A stretch of 64,000 nt of DNA from Spizellomyces punctatus DAOM BR117 (lineage: Eukaryota), in the NCBI GenBank assembly GCA_000182565.2, contig KQ257454.1; one strand, written 5' to 3'. The translations under genes were made by a program, and so were the position numbers. Numbering within the stretch: the first letter of the stretch is position 1; each line of letters starts with the position of its first letter. Shown here piece after piece: positions 1 through 15,178 of the stretch. The notes below the pieces were generated by a model, which ran no database searches, had not been told where the DNA came from, and saw only the letters and a program-made list of their open reading frames with translations.

Positions 1-11
1 GTCCATGTGCA

Positions 12-392
12 GTGACCAGAGCTCTTTCATCCGTACCACCTACCATCACTGAGCCTCCCTACCGTCCTACAGATCCTAGATGTTTCGATCCGAAAAGATT
101 CCCTCCATCTGTAAACCAGTCTCGTCCCATAATGTTTTTGGATGGTCAATGGCATATCGGGATTTACACCGGTACAAAACTTTTTTATGAATGGGTGCCG
201 TATTGTGAAGTGGTACCCATGGAACATGCGCCAACCCGGGGGAAATTGCCGCATCGGTTAGCCAAGAAGGTGGAAGATGTACTTGCAAAGATCGAGGAGA
301 CGAGGAAAAGATTTGAAGAAGCTGCGGCAAAAGAGAGAACAGCTGAAAATGCCAGCACAATCGCCTTGGAGCGCGCAATATATTCTATTTAG
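12..392 (+). CDS. 3' part of an unidentified gene, probably starting upstream of the window; possible Tudor/PWWP-like barrel followed by a coiled coil
   Basis: Open frame from the window edge to TAG at 392; IMFLDGQWHIG...EWVPYCEVVP followed by an E/K/A-rich helix; AT-rich 3' flank. Confidence 0.4.
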   Translation: MTRALSSVPPTITEPPYRPTDPRCFDPKRFPPSVNQSRPIMFLDGQWHIGIYTGTKLFYEWVPYCEVVPMEHAPTRGKLPHRLAKKVEDVLAKIEETRKRFEEAAAKERTAENASTIALERAIYSI

Positions 393-3300
393 CAGCGCAT
401 TTTTTGTGCTTTTTTTTGTCATATACTAGTAGCAATTAATCCCACCTTACACTATAATTCCAATGCTTCGTAAGCTACCCACCAATGCATGTTGACTTCT
501 TCTCTCACTCTTTCTCAGTAGGATTTCCTGCTGGTTTGACCTTGCTCAGGGTTATGTGGCAACTTTGCCCTTGCCTCCGCCACGTCTCCTTGCAGTACGA
601 TTAGATGAGTAGCATGTGCTTGCTGGAAGTCTTTTCCGGTCTCGTCCATGAATTTGTACCAAGGGAAGATAGGAAGACAGAAGCACAAGCTTCATCCGTT
701 CATCCAAGGCGTACGTGAAGCCGACTTTCTGCTCTATGAAGATAGTTTCGCTAGAAAATCTCTTTAGGTGAATCCGCTACCCTAAACATATTCGTCTCTT
801 TTCCTTTGCAGTTCTGCTAGAAGTATTGCTATTGATAGCTGCCTTGCCTTGCAATCCTGGCTTTGAAGACGGAACTGTCCAGTTCGGCGAAAATTCTTTG
901 TTTTTTGGATCTCTTAGTCAAGGACCGGATTGTCTGAGTTGTTGTCTTCGGCAGCACATCGTGATATGCGCGCCTGTCACTACGTGTGAAGGGTTATAAA
1001 CGCAAAACCCCGAGATGCTAGTAGAACCACAGAAAAGGCTAGCACATGTTGAGGAGTCAACCGGCGTCTGCAAAAAGGCAGGCAATAGATCCCACATACC
1101 GTGACACCTACGTAGTTCAATATATGATTACGGGCATAGCTCCAATGCCGACGATTGCACGCCTTGCTCACTACCGTCGAGATAGTAGGACGATGGACGC
1201 CAACAGGGACGGCTTACTCTACACTAATGTACACCGATACCTCTCTACCACCAAATGATATCCTCATTGCATTATAGGTCTGTAACAATGACATGCTCTA
1301 CAGCTATTCAACGACGATCCCCACGACCAGCGATGACGCTCACCATATCATATCTCCACGGCAGATGCCTAGATATGTAAAATATCGGGAAGGCTGTCCT
1401 CTTCATGACATCTGCGAAACGACAACCCACAATTTTCAGAGTCGGTGTGACACCTATTTAACTTGTTAACCCCATTCCCAGCATCTCCATATTTGCGCCT
1501 GACACCTCTAAATTTACTGTGTACTTGCGCATACAACATTTCATTAGCTAGTGCTTAGCATTTGACATGTTGTGTCATGCTCAACTTGCTAACGAATACC
1601 TAGCCTGAGGATGTGCCTAGGCTGATTAAGATGTTAGATGGAACATTATTTAATATCAACCATGTATCATGGCATAATACAATCGGTCTGACAATAAGAC
1701 ATATTTTACTTTCTACTACGTTCGCGTCAAAATATAAATCGCGGATGTGATCATAAAGCCCAGAAGGCCAATGACAAATTAACACGAGTTATCGCAAGTG
1801 AAATTGATGCAAACAATAGCCGGCCTAGATGACCGATAACAGAATGCACCGCTGTCAAAACGAGGCACATGATGTGCCGGCCATTTTGCATTGATGGTAT
1901 GCGCAGGACTGCAAATGCCTGTCTCTCTGTCCAGGCAATCCAAGTGTCATGGTCAAATCTACCCTGCAACATTACCAAAAGATTTGCTCACCCAAAGTAT
2001 CAGTCTAGACGTAGCATTTAATGAAACATTACACCGTTTTGATGAAAAGTGCGCTCTCCATCGCTTCTTTCTAGTCAATGGGATTCCGGGACGGAGTGAG
2101 CAATTTCAAAGTTCAAGCCAATGTCTCCGGTCTGATACGTGAGCACCAATACAACAGCGTCCTCCGCTTGGATTCCGTACCATTCTCGAAAGCTGCCATT
2201 GGTTTGAGTAAGTCCCTTGTGTTGCGGGAGGCATAGTCCACAGGCAGTCCTTTCCCCGCTAGAACCCCGCACACTTGGTGATCCGTGCACAGGCGGCAGG
2301 TGAAGAAGCAAAATAACATTTAACTGTAAATAGCACAGAATGAAATTTCTAATTGAGTTACAGGGAACCTGAGACATCTGGGTCCAGCCGGTGGACTGTG
2401 CGAATGATCTCATTTGGCATACCAGGACCTAGAGCGAAATTGGGATAGTCCTTTTTCAGGGTCAATGAATTTGTATACGCATATGTTTCCCACTGCCTCG
2501 TTCTGCGACATGTTTGAGAGCAGTGGCAGGCCCTGGGCTTCTGCCAAAGTTTCTGCAAGAGTGAATGGTGGCCAAGGGACAGGATTTCCAATGCCCGGTT
2601 CGTCTCTACTCAGTTGATTCTCAATATCTTATAGCTTCCTGTAGGCTTCGAACGTGTCCTGGATCATAGCGGCAATTACCTGCCAAGATTCTGCTCCATC
2701 TCTTTTTGGGTTTCAAACTCGTATGAACGATGTGCGTCCTCCAATTGCTCGAAGATTTCAGGTCTGGTGAAACTCTAAACTTGGGGATATACAATGTAGA
2801 CAATCCTTTTCTGACCTAGGTCAATACCGAGACGAGACCTGGTACGTTTGCAAATTGCAATCCTCCAAGGGTGCGCTTATACATATACCTTCTACGTATC
2901 ACGATTTCTCATTGCCCAGCAGCCCATTTGATATTTCGCAACTGATAGCGGTGGAGAAGTTGATCAATCAAGACAACACGCCTGAGACCGGATCCTTCCA
3001 TGGGCCAACACCAAGTAGCATCAACTAGTCCTTCGGATTTGCCGTGAGAATGGCTTCTTTTTAAGTAGCACTGTGGCTTTGCCTAGGTGAAGGGCTTCTT
3101 TACAATTTCCAGTCCTTCTCCACTTTTCTACCTTTTCCAGGAATAGGCTGGCATAGACGACAAACTTGCTCCAGCTGAAGGACATTACAGTGACACTGCT
3201 GATGGCAATGGTGATCATGAGCCCCATCGATTCTTGTTGACAGTAGCGAGACGACGCTGCAGTCTGTCTATAGCTTAATCTGTATGTAATGCTTTTCATC

Positions 3301-3884
3301 TCATCCAAGGGAGGTGAATGATGAACCATAGAGTCCAATTGCGGTTGTGAGGTAGGACATTATCTGATCTGATATGATTGTTTTCTTGTGCGCATGTTCT
3401 GGCCTAGATCTGGTGATAAAGCCAGGCCAATAGGAAAAGTTGTCGTGAAGCTAGGAGAAACGGCCTTGAGCGGGTAAAGGTGATGAAATGTACGAAAGCC
3501 TCACAGATGAAGTAGTCCAGTAGTTGGGACTCCACTATAAATTGGGCTTTCTGCCTATAGTAATATGCGCACCCTCGCAAAAAGGCATGTCCATAGAAAA
3601 AGTGACGCCTTCGAATAAAGTGCATAGTTCACAATGACTTGTAACTTGTCTTGTTCCTCAAACTCGAGCGTAGAGAAATGTAACTCGCTCTTGGCAGGAT
3701 GAGAGATGTCACAGATGCCTTGACAAAGAGTCCATCGACTGTGAAATCTTATCCCAACCGAAACGCTGCATGTCTTGAGTCAAGAACGAGAACGAGAAGC
3801 TGCTCCTTTTAAAAAGAAGCCAGAGTCACATGATTTTCACATGACACGCTGCATTCGCGGTCGTCCGTCTGGGAAGGCTTTTGA

Positions 3885-5384
<1,500 letters not shown>

Positions 5385-5746
5385 TGCCTTGAAGTGATGG
5401 GTCCATGATGTTGTGCCTTTTCTGTACATTGTTTGTTCATGGTTGTGTTGCCGTTGTGTCGCGCACTGAATTCCAGGATCGCTAAATCAGATCTGGGCTG
5501 TAAATATACCTCGCTCAATAAAGTTTATGTCGTTTTGGACAAACTTGGGTTGTACGTATTTTTGGGGGGCACATATTGACCATAACCATCCGGCTAGCAT
5601 CCATGTCCAGGTACAGCGGCAAAGTATCACATTATTATCTACGCATCTCCAGAAAAGTACAAAATAACAAAGGCGACCTAAGCATAAACAACACAATATA
5701 AACATTTTTGCGCTCCTAATCGAACCCGTATACGCAATCAATCCAG

Positions 5747-7411
5747 TCATTGTCCACCAGCGGCATTCGCCTTGATATCTCCCTCACCCTCTAATAGGGG
5801 ATATTCCTTGACAAGAGTGCACTCACCGCCATCTTCAGTGTTTATTTTAAACTGATAAAAGTAACCTTCTGCGGTAACCACCATAAGTATTTGCTCACTA
5901 ATAGCGCAGATGTTTTGCGCTCCTTTGCTTGTTGATGGCAGTTTGGCAAAGCAAAAGTCTCGCGTGGGTTCCCACATTTCAGTTAGCATGTCCGGTAGAA
6001 AGTAAGAGCCTACGGAGCCCGCAACGGTGGCAATTGGCGCTTTTCTGTTGTAGTCGATTGGCGATGAATAACGTACAGCGCAGTAGGTAAGTGTAGGATG
6101 CAACTTACAGTGAACTTATCATGCTGTTTTTTCTTTGTCCTGAACTATGTCTTCGCTCCATTTGTGCGGCTGCCTCCCGTTCCTCTTCAGATACAAGCTT
6201 AAAGACATGAACAGTATCTGTCGCACTCGAGACACATAGTAATGTGTTGTCAAGGTTAAATGAAATTGAATAGATGCGAGCAGGATATGTTCCCCTTCGG
6301 AACTGAAAGAGCTTTTGACCGGTCGGTACCGCAAAGACTCTGATTACCGTCCCCTTAGGACGATTACAAACGCAGAATGAGGATATGTTTTAGGGTTGCG
6401 AATGCCATATTCATTACCTTATCACTAGCAGTTGCCACCATTGTTCCGTCATAATTGAATGCAATACAACTCAATGGACTCTTATGTGCTTGGAGGATAT
6501 TGATAGCTTGAAGGTTTATTGCATCGAATATCAATAATTCACCCGCCGCACCAGACGTATTTGGCGGATAAGCTAGGTAGCAATTATCGGAGGATGGTGA
6601 CAAAGCGCAGAGTGCTAATCAAGAAATTCTTTATTGAGCATTTAGTAAGAAAATTTACTCTATCAGCCGCATATTCGTACCATTAGGGTTGGGGCTAGTA
6701 TCGATTGTGTGTAAAAGTTTCATATTGCTAATGTCGTAAATGTAGATGTGCTCTTCTAGCACCACGACCAGACGCTTTCGGTTTAGTTTAACGGCGAGAA
6801 TGGCCGTGACAAACGTCAGTTCGCAAATGGTGGATTGTCTCTAGAATAGATCGCTTCATTAGTCATCTTGAAGGAAATCGTCCTCGCCCAATGGACGATG
6901 AATACCTTGGTATTTGTAATCTGCAGTCGTCGAGGAGAAAACGCCGGCTGTTCCCCCGCGCCAACCAATGCAACCAAGCTTGTACAAAAAAGCATCTCCA
7001 CTATTCCGATTCCTCCCTCGGCTATCAGAAAATCCATTGTCAGCTGAACCGCGGACTTTATGGATCAACAACTCGCATACTTTTTCCATAGCATTTGCCA
7101 ATGGGATCACAGTTATAGATCTTGTAGCCATGTCGTGTTCCAACTGATATGCAGCTAGTAAAGTTAAAACCGTCGATTGTCAGCATTACAAGCCGTATTG
7201 ATGTCGTCATGCGCGGGTCATTCTCCATCCTGACACTATCACAACTGGCACCGGAAAAAGGATATAGATATCCTGACACTGCAGCGCAGAAGCGCTCTGT
7301 GCGCATGCCCTCTTTGCTTCCCTCACATTGGTACATGTGGCTGAAATACCTGAAGTCTTGGTTGAAGTTTATAAACAGTAGTTCATTGTTTGACTTTCGT
7401 CCGGTGTTCAT
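5747..7411 (-). CDS. ATG18: Autophagy PROPPIN WD40 protein Atg18/WIPI, multi-exon
   Basis: Exon peptides [90 protein letters not shown] introns between them. Confidence 0.93.
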
Positions 7412-7661
7412 GACCGCTGGTCTGGAATACTTTCTTGGACGTATCAACTACGTGATCGATGGAGCTGAATAAACACAATATCGCAAGAATATGAAAGATG
7501 GTGAACAAGAAGAATGCTCAAATGCTGGCAGCAACTCTTCACCGTTGCTTGTGCTTGGGGGCGCGTAATCCCGTGAGTCATCACATCAGCATGACCAACC
7601 AAAGCTCCGACACGCTTCTCCCAACAAAACAATTCCATCGAGTCCTTTGCCTACGCCAAAA

Positions 7662-8535
7662 ATGCACGCAACGTTCCTCTTTGCCCTCCTAGTCTCTTTC
7701 CTTCCTTCCATTTACGCCATATCAGCAGTCCCACTAGCCGACTGGAATCCACCATCTTTGGGATATTGTGCTGCCATACCTGCTGGATCAGGCACACCTG
7801 GTTGCCTCATCATCCAAAATGAAGCTCGCACAAATTCGTCATCGTCACTATACTCCAAAGCAAATTCAGCAGTGGTATACATGAATTTGACCACAAAGGA
7901 CCCTCTTTCGGGTGTCGCAACGAGTAGCATTGCAGTGTTCTATCCTAAAGTCGATGATTATTCTCAATTGGAAATCCCTAACAGTGAGTATATTACTGTC
8001 GTTTCTGTAAGTTTATCAGCAAAGCTGACAGTTATTGCAAGGTTGGACAAATCTGACGCAGTATGCGGACACGACTCCTCCCGAGATTACCATGTATCTG
8101 CTCTATCGGAATCAAATCTTCCCCACTGCGACAGTGAGGTGGGCAACGACGTCCAACGGAAAGCTTGTCTACGTACCCTCACGCACTGTTGTGGTTGCTA
8201 TTGAGAATGGTGATTTTTCAGTGCAATGCATCAGCTTGCTTTGTGAACCGACATTAACATATGGCCGTTTCGTAGGAGCACTGACGTCGTTTCAATGGTA
8301 TCCCACAGCATGCACCCTTAGCACGTGCTTTTGCCTCGACAGCATATGCACGGAGGAATGCCCCGATGCAAACTGCCCAATAACGGTAAGGTTTGCTTTA
8401 GTAAATCGTAAGGTGCTGAAGATGCTGATCGCATGGTCACTTCAGGTGTTTGTTGGATGGGCAGGTACAGATAGAAATGGAGATATCATGACGAGTTCCA
8501 GTCGCGACATTTGGCGGTTCGAGAACGCCTTCTAA
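7662..8535 (+). CDS. Secreted Cys-rich uncharacterised protein, 3 exons
   Basis: Signal peptide MHATFLFALLVSFLPSIYA; in-frame joins at introns ~7984-8041 and ~8386-8446; C-terminal Cys cluster plus VFVGWAGTDRNG. Confidence 0.75.
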
Positions 8536-8635
8536 ATATGTTTACCTTTATACAAGTCCAGTGTATTATAACTCCATTTCAATTCAACTATTCGAATGTC
8601 CCATGAATGACATGAATGAACACTAATGCGCCTGG

Positions 8636-9780
8636 CTACAGCAAATGTTTCTTAAAGAACGAGATACTGCGGTCAAACGCGACCTTAGCCGCTTCGGGAT
8701 TGTACGGATAAGCGGGGGCCTCTTCGTTCATGAAAGCGTGGTCTGCGTCAGGATACTGGTAAAACTCGGATACGTCCTTCCCAGCTTCCTTCAGTCCCGC
8801 CTTGAGCTTGTCGGCAGTCTAATGTGATCGATTAAGCAACCAATAATCTCAAGAGAGAAAACCGTGAAATGACGGAGAAGTTGAGGGTACCTCCTTATCC
8901 GAAAAGCCTTTCGATTCATCTTGGTCGCCGAAATGGAATTGAAGAGGAATCTTTACTTGTTTGGGGTCGGCGTTTGGGGGTACACCATAGAATACTACGC
9001 CAGCGGCAAGTTCGGGGACGTTGATCGAGGATGCCAAGGTCTGCCGTAGCAGTTTTAACAGCTGTCATGTCAAAACGGTTGCAAGTATATCACATACCAG
9101 GGCTCCACCCATGCAAAAGCCAGTAATTCCAACCTAAAGCCGACAAGTTAGGTCAAGATTCGCACAATTGACAACGGGACTAGACATGTACTTTCTCAGC
9201 GCCTTTCGACTTTAAAAATTTGACAGCATTTTTAATGTCCTCAATTGCGCGAGGCCAATCCAAAGTTGACATGCAATGGTTCGCCTAAGGTGATGGTGGA
9301 TATTAGGTGGGTTCAATTTCTCCTCGTCATCAACACCAACCTCGTCGGCTTCAGTAGCCACCTTTCCACGATACCTATTGCCCGGACGGCATCAGCATGA
9401 CGACAATAAACATGACATTTCAAGCGAAAATTCGACGTACAGATCTGGAGAAACCGCAAGACTGCCCAGAGCATCGGCATATCGCTGAGTTGTCTTCTTG
9501 ATCTGCTCATTCAAGCCCCACCATTCCTTTTCCACAAAAAAGATAATGGGTATCAGAACAGTTCCAATAGAGGCATTAAATTTTGCTCGTGCTCACCTGA
9601 ATGACAATAACGCCGGCCTTGGACCCCTCTGCAAGCGACAGCAAAGACGATAGACCAGTGAGTGAGAGACCAGCGAGACGCCATGTGCTTGTAGATGAAG
9701 TCCCCAAATAGACGCAACAATAGATAAGAACCTTTCCCTGTCACAAAGTAGGGCACACCCTCGTAAGTAACGTTCGCCAT
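8636..9780 (-). CDS. Dienelactone hydrolase family (carboxymethylenebutenolidase-like), multi-exon
   Basis: VIQEWWGLN, VGITGFCMGGAL nucleophile motif, VFYGVP, HFGDQD, HAFMNE across exons. Confidence 0.9.
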
Positions 9781-9864
9781 CCTTGACTATTTACGCTGAC
9801 CAAAGTACGGGAGATGAGCAAGATGCAAAAGCAAGATGTCGAGAGGTGGGATCATGATGACATT

Positions 9865-9876
9865 GGTCACATGACC
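9865..9876. promoter_or_regulatory. GGTCACATGACC E-box-like element upstream of the dienelactone hydrolase gene
   Basis: Identical 12-mer also at 14079-14090; near-identical copies in other promoters. Confidence 0.5.
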
Positions 9877-10062
9877 ATGGTTATTGGACGGATTTCAGCA
9901 TATACGATGATGTCCTTCAGGCAGGAGGAGACATAAGAGCGAGGTAGCATGACAAATAATATGCCTAGTGAAACTATTCAGTTCATCTTCATGCACGACA
10001 GAGGACGGCCCGCGATTAAAATGGTATAATATATAGGCCGTCCAGATCTTATGTACCCAGTT

Positions 10063-10876
10063 TTACAAATCTTCCAGTCCTTTCAATGTCGAATCCAGCT
10101 CCTGTTTAGCAACATTGTACTTTTGTGTCATATCGTCTAGTCGCTTTTCAAGCTCGGTCTTATCAGCCTCGAGCTGCTTCGCTTTACGGTCTGCTTGTTC
10201 GGCGGTCAGTTCAAGACCGCGGGCTCTAATAACCAGCCCTAATTAGCTCGCTCTGCTTACAAGATAAAAGTTGCCAACCATCACAATACGCACTTATCTG
10301 TCACCTCCCTCCAGCTCCGTCCCTTGTCTTCTATCTGCTGCTCCAACAATTGGACCTTTCGCTGCAGCGTTTCCACTTGTGATTCTTCCTTGTCTCCTTC
10401 CACTTTCTTCAGCTTAACCTGTTTTACAGAGTGGGAATTAGGAACCAAGGATACCAAAAGTCTTATCGTACACTGAGTTCGAGGACAACAAGTAACCAGG
10501 CCATACGCACCTCTTCTACGCGTTTCTCAGTTCGATCCAAGTTCTCTTGGAGGAGCGTGATCTTGTTATTAAGGCTCTGAACTTCTGTCTCACGCTTAGC
10601 AAGTTGCTCCTTGAGCTGCTTTGCTTCCTCTTCTGCTTTCTCTGCGCGCGACTGATGACTTTCGGACTCAATGCGGAGCTTTTCGAGTTTCTGCGCGTCC
10701 AAAAATCATGATTTGCAAAAGTACGGGTCAATAATACAGTGAGTGCAACGGATCGGACTGATTCAGTTTCAGGTGCTCCCAGAAGGCCGCTCATCGCCCC
10801 GCTGTCATTCGATGCCAGCCCACAGCCCGCTACCAAAAGCATAGCGCGTACCTCCTACCTCCTTAATCTTGTCCAT
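10063..10876 (-). CDS. TPM1: Tropomyosin, 4 exons
   Basis: Exon 1 MDKIKE joined to KLEKLRIESE..RAEKAE; continuous heptad coiled coil ending ELDSTLKGLEDL*. Confidence 0.9.
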
Positions 10877-11010
10877 TATAGCACTTTTCTACAGGGAATT
10901 GTCGAGTACTATGCAATCTCTGACGGTTTTGACCGGCGTGAACTCAATCCAGATGGCGAAATGGCGAAAAGGCCCCAAAGAGCGCGAATCCGACGCCATC
11001 CACATCCTAC

Positions 11011-11022
11011 GGTCACATGATC
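11011..11022. promoter_or_regulatory. GGTCACATGATC element in the TPM1/VMA8 divergent promoter
   Basis: Centred in a 269-bp intergenic region. Confidence 0.5.
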
Positions 11023-11145
11023 AGGATGACACGCGCTGGGAAATTGGAGAGCGGGCAGACGAGCGTGGCCTTGACCTGAAAGTAGATGCTCTCATCCCAC
11101 AACACAATTTACCTAAATTTCCCACACGGCTGTTACTGAGAAACC

Positions 11146-12467
11146 ATGAGCGGCGCTGGACCTAGGTTTGCCATTTTTCCAACGCGGATGTACGTACATA
11201 GCAAGCTTTCCAACCGCCGTGGTCAGGCTCCCAGAACCATCTGACCTGCCTGATAACCAATAGGGCGTTGACAACTATGAAGAACCGTCTAAAGGGAGCG
11301 CACACCGGTCATTCACTATTGAAACGGAAGAGTGAGGCCCTGACCAGGCGGTTCAGGGATATCGTCAAAAAAATAGACGAGGTATGAGAGGTCTGCTTTT
11401 GGAGGGAAAACGGAAGGGAACGACACCGCACCGTTGAGAATGGATGAGGGGATTTGACAATGGGACAATGGGAGCAAACGGAAATAATGCTTAAATGCAT
11501 ATCGGTTCACCTTACGCTCTCCTCACCATTCTGTATAAATAGGCGAAGAGAAAAATGGGCAAAATCATGCAAGTGGCAAACTTTTCATATGCGGAGGTCA
11601 TGTACAGCACGGGCGATATTGGGTAAGGGGTCATATGGTGTGAATGCAAATTACACATGGTAACGGCCGACCATGCCTAGGTACCAGGTCCGCGAAAGCG
11701 TAAAACAGGCACAACTCAAAGTTCGCGCAAAGTCCGAAAACGTATCAGGAGTACAACTCCCAGCATTTGAGATGTATGTGGACGGGCAAAATGGTAGGTT
11801 CGAACTAGAGTAGCTAAGGAGATATGAAACGGCCAAATCAGTTGGGCTTACCTCTCTGCACGTTCAGCGTTCGAATTGACCGGGCTGGGACGCGGTGGGC
11901 AGGCAGTACAAAAATGCAAAGAAACCTACAAAAAGGCAATTGAAGTACTTGTGGAACTAGCATCCTTGCAGGTATGTAAACATAATGTGCTCTGATAGGT
12001 ATCAACAAATTAACAGTGACATGGATAGACTGCCTTTGTGATACTCGATGAAGTGATTAAAGTTACAAACCGACGTGTGAACGCCATTGAGCACGTCATC
12101 ATTCCCAAGATTGAAAATACTATTAAATTTATCACGTCGGAACTTGATGAGGCGGACCGAGAGGAGTTCTACAGGTTTGAGAAATGCTTCCGTCGCGTCG
12201 GATCATGGTGAATTCTCCGTTAATGTTGTGCATCGCACGCTGTGGTAGGTTGAAAAAAGTGCAGGGTAAAAAGAAGGAAAAGCTCGCAATCGAAACAGCG
12301 GAACGCGAAAAGAATCAGAGTGCGTTATTAGCTTGTCTTATCTTTGAACCACTGCATTCCACCCACTAATGTGTCTACATCTAATAGGCCTGGGTCTAAC
12401 ATCAAACCAGGCGCAGCCGTCGAACCTACTTAATGAATACGAGCAGGATCCGGACGTGATCTTTTGA
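11146..12467 (+). CDS. VMA8: V-type ATPase subunit D, multi-exon
   Basis: [79 protein letters not shown]. Confidence 0.95.
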
Positions 12468-12697
12468 AGGTGTTTATAGCCAATTGGTTAGCCGTTGACA
12501 TGGTAAAATGATGAGAGCTAGAGCTGTCTTGACAAAAAGGCACGTGCGGGAGTGAAATTTAATTCTTGAATCGCTGTCCCAGAACGCAACTCTGCTTGCG
12601 ATGGCGGCCAGCACATCAATAACCTGTAACGTCAAACACTTGGCTCTTGCTGTACATCATGTTTACATCCGGCCTATTTTTCTATTCCAATGACAAT

Positions 12698-13996
12698 CTA
12701 CGGCAGTGCGGATAGTATACGGTTTACAATATCCATGGGGGCATCATCTAATATCACGATATCGAATGCTTCCGCGTATTGATCTAGCAACAGCTCTGTG
12801 TCGTGATTAAGAAATCCAATGGTTAGTTTTGTGTCATGTTCGAGACCCTCTGCCATACGGAGATCCCCCAAGGAGTCGCCCATTAGTATCTACGCATGAG
12901 ATGCCCTGTCACTAAGCGAAATTGTAAAACTGTGCATACAACAGAAGCTTACCACATTGTGGCGGTCTTCGATTATACTGCTATATGCGGATCCTCCTAT
13001 AGCGGCTTCATTCTTATTAAAGGTATGAATCAAACGACCGTCAAATCTATCTGCAAAGAGGTCAATGGGGCGCCTAAAACGACGGAATCAGAGTTTGCAT
13101 GTACCTGCCACGCCATCTTCACCAAAATGAAGCCTATTTGAGACAATGTGGACATTGGGCTTCATGAGACCCTCATGCCGTAAAAGTGCGTCAATCACAT
13201 CTGCAAGGTCCAGAATCAGTCAGCAAGCCATCATACATATCGTAGAATTACGCAGCCGACCTCCAAGTCCAGCAGAAAACACCAAAAGGGGTATATCCTT
13301 GGCTGCACAGTGATCCACAAACTCCCGCGCTCCCATTCTCAACAATATTGGCGTTTCTGTTACCATATGGGCCAGATCGCTTTTTGTCAGCTTCAGCTCG
13401 AGGATCAGTTCATGAGCCTTTTCCCACCACTCCACCATCGCTTGTACTTTCTCTTTGTGTGGTATAGTTCGCGATATTTCAATAGGATAATAGTGTTTAT
13501 AAAGAATGTCGGTCTTGTCACTAAACTGTCATGGCCAAAGGTGAGTTTGCAAAATTACGATTTCGTATCATCTGCAAGAGCCTGCCGCTTACCTCCTTTG
13601 GCACTCGACTACTCAAAGCCAGTAATCTGTGTGAGCTCACATTTCGTTCACCATTCACCCAGTATCTAACAGGGTCCGTCCATTAATTACGGTCCCAAGT
13701 CTTTATGCGGAGGTTAACATACTTGCTAATGGTCATATCAAAATCTTCAACAGAAGCACCAAAGAAAACCAGATAATCCATAAGTATCGCATTATCATAC
13801 ACAATTATGGAGAAGTAAGAGTTCAAAACCCACCACTAATTACATGCACCTTGCTACTTCCGTCATCCAGGATGCTTCGAAGTTTCTCGCTAACGCGCTG
13901 GAAATCTTTTATAAAAACGGAACTAGTTGAATCTTGGAGATAGGCAAGTAGGTCAACATAGGAAGATGAGTTATCTCTTCTTGGAGTTTCTGACAT
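12698..13996 (-). CDS. Pyrimidine 5'-nucleotidase cN-III / UMPH-1 family (HAD)
   Basis: VISDFDMTISK motif I, MVEWWEKAH, PLLVFSAGLG, LMGDSLGDLRMAEG, IGFLN, FDIVILDD. Confidence 0.9.
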
Positions 13997-14078
13997 GGTA
14001 AACGGCTTTCGTCGTCGTAGATCTGTTCAAAGCAGATATTGGAGAGTTGGTCGCTGCGCGCACACGTCATGCCTCATC

Positions 14079-14090
14079 GGTCACATGACC
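14079..14090. promoter_or_regulatory. GGTCACATGACC element in the cN-III/WBP4-like divergent promoter
   Basis: Centred in a 155-bp intergenic region. Confidence 0.5.
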
Positions 14091-14151
14091 AAGTGCAATC
14101 CTCGATTTCCTGGTTGAGATCTCGTTCAGCGAGACGCAAAGATTGGCGACC

Positions 14152-14999
14152 ATGTCTGAATATTGGGTGTCCAATAAAAAGTATTTCTGCAAGTACTGCA
14201 GAATATATATACAGGATAACAAGATCGTAAGATGCCTATATCGTCTACTGCGTGGCAAACTCTCATGAGCTGACTTTGTTGACCAGAGCTCTCTTGTCTT
14301 TCATAAATTCCTCTACAGAGTCGACAAACACATGAGAATGGAAGGAAACACAAGGATAACGTAAACGCTTACCTTCAAGATGTCCACAAAAGGCAAGAAG
14401 AACAGTCACAAGAAGATGCGAAGACTAGGGCCATGCTTGCGCGAATAGAACAGGTTAGTTCGTCGATGAATTGGTGCTTCTCATTGTCTCAAAAACTGAT
14501 AGGATTGACCTGGAAGGCTGCAAGTAAGCAATATGCGCAGGACACGCGATCAAAACCGGACATTGCTGCTTGGGATCCTACTGTGGAGGCGGCAAAAGCG
14601 CAGAAGCAAGCGTACGTACCTGAACCTGACAAGGGTCGGCCGAAGGTGATACCAGATGCTGTACATCAAACACGACCGCTACAACCTGTGAGTACTACCC
14701 ACGATGATGACGGACACCCCTACGGTACATGGGCTGTGGTTGACACCCCACCACCGCCATCTGGGACGGATCCGGCCCAAAACCAAAAGGGAAAAGACCG
14801 AGGCGATGCTGTCAATGAATGGGCAGATTATGGAGAGGAAGAGCCAGAGGAACATGTAGCTTCATTCAAAGTCAAGGAGAAGACATTGTCAACAGATATG
14901 GGAGAGGAGGACGCTCCAGGACCTGCAACTGCTACATTTAAAAAGCGGAAGATGACAAGCAACAAAGCGAGCCGGAATATTCGTAAAAGGACAGATTGA
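14152..14999 (+). CDS. U1-type/matrin zinc-finger splicing factor (WBP4/FBP21-like, no WW domains seen)
   Basis: MSEYWVSNKKYFCKYC...HENGRKHKDNV; basic C-terminus FKKRK; 3 exons. Confidence 0.85.
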
Positions 15000-15178
15000 C
15001 AGACTCAGCATGAATAAAGAACTCGGCTCACTTCTGTTTCACAGACCGCACATTGAACAACGTGGTAATCATTTGCGCAGGAAATTACGCCTCCTCGCAA
15101 ACCGCTGAATATCTTAAAGAAGCCCACCGTGCATCATCATTGTTGCTACGCACGCAAGTCGAGTATGTATTGCCCGTG

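Noticed and set aside
7156-7352. Intronic snoRNA or U12-type site in the long first intron of ATG18 (ATATCCTT, AGTGTCAGGAT x2)
   Set aside because: The intron has ordinary GT-AG ends, ATATCCTT is internal, and no paired C/D or H/ACA boxes were found
10430-10510. U12-type donor GTATCCTT in a tropomyosin intron
   Set aside because: It lies inside a normal GTGCGT...CAG intron that already joins the exons in frame
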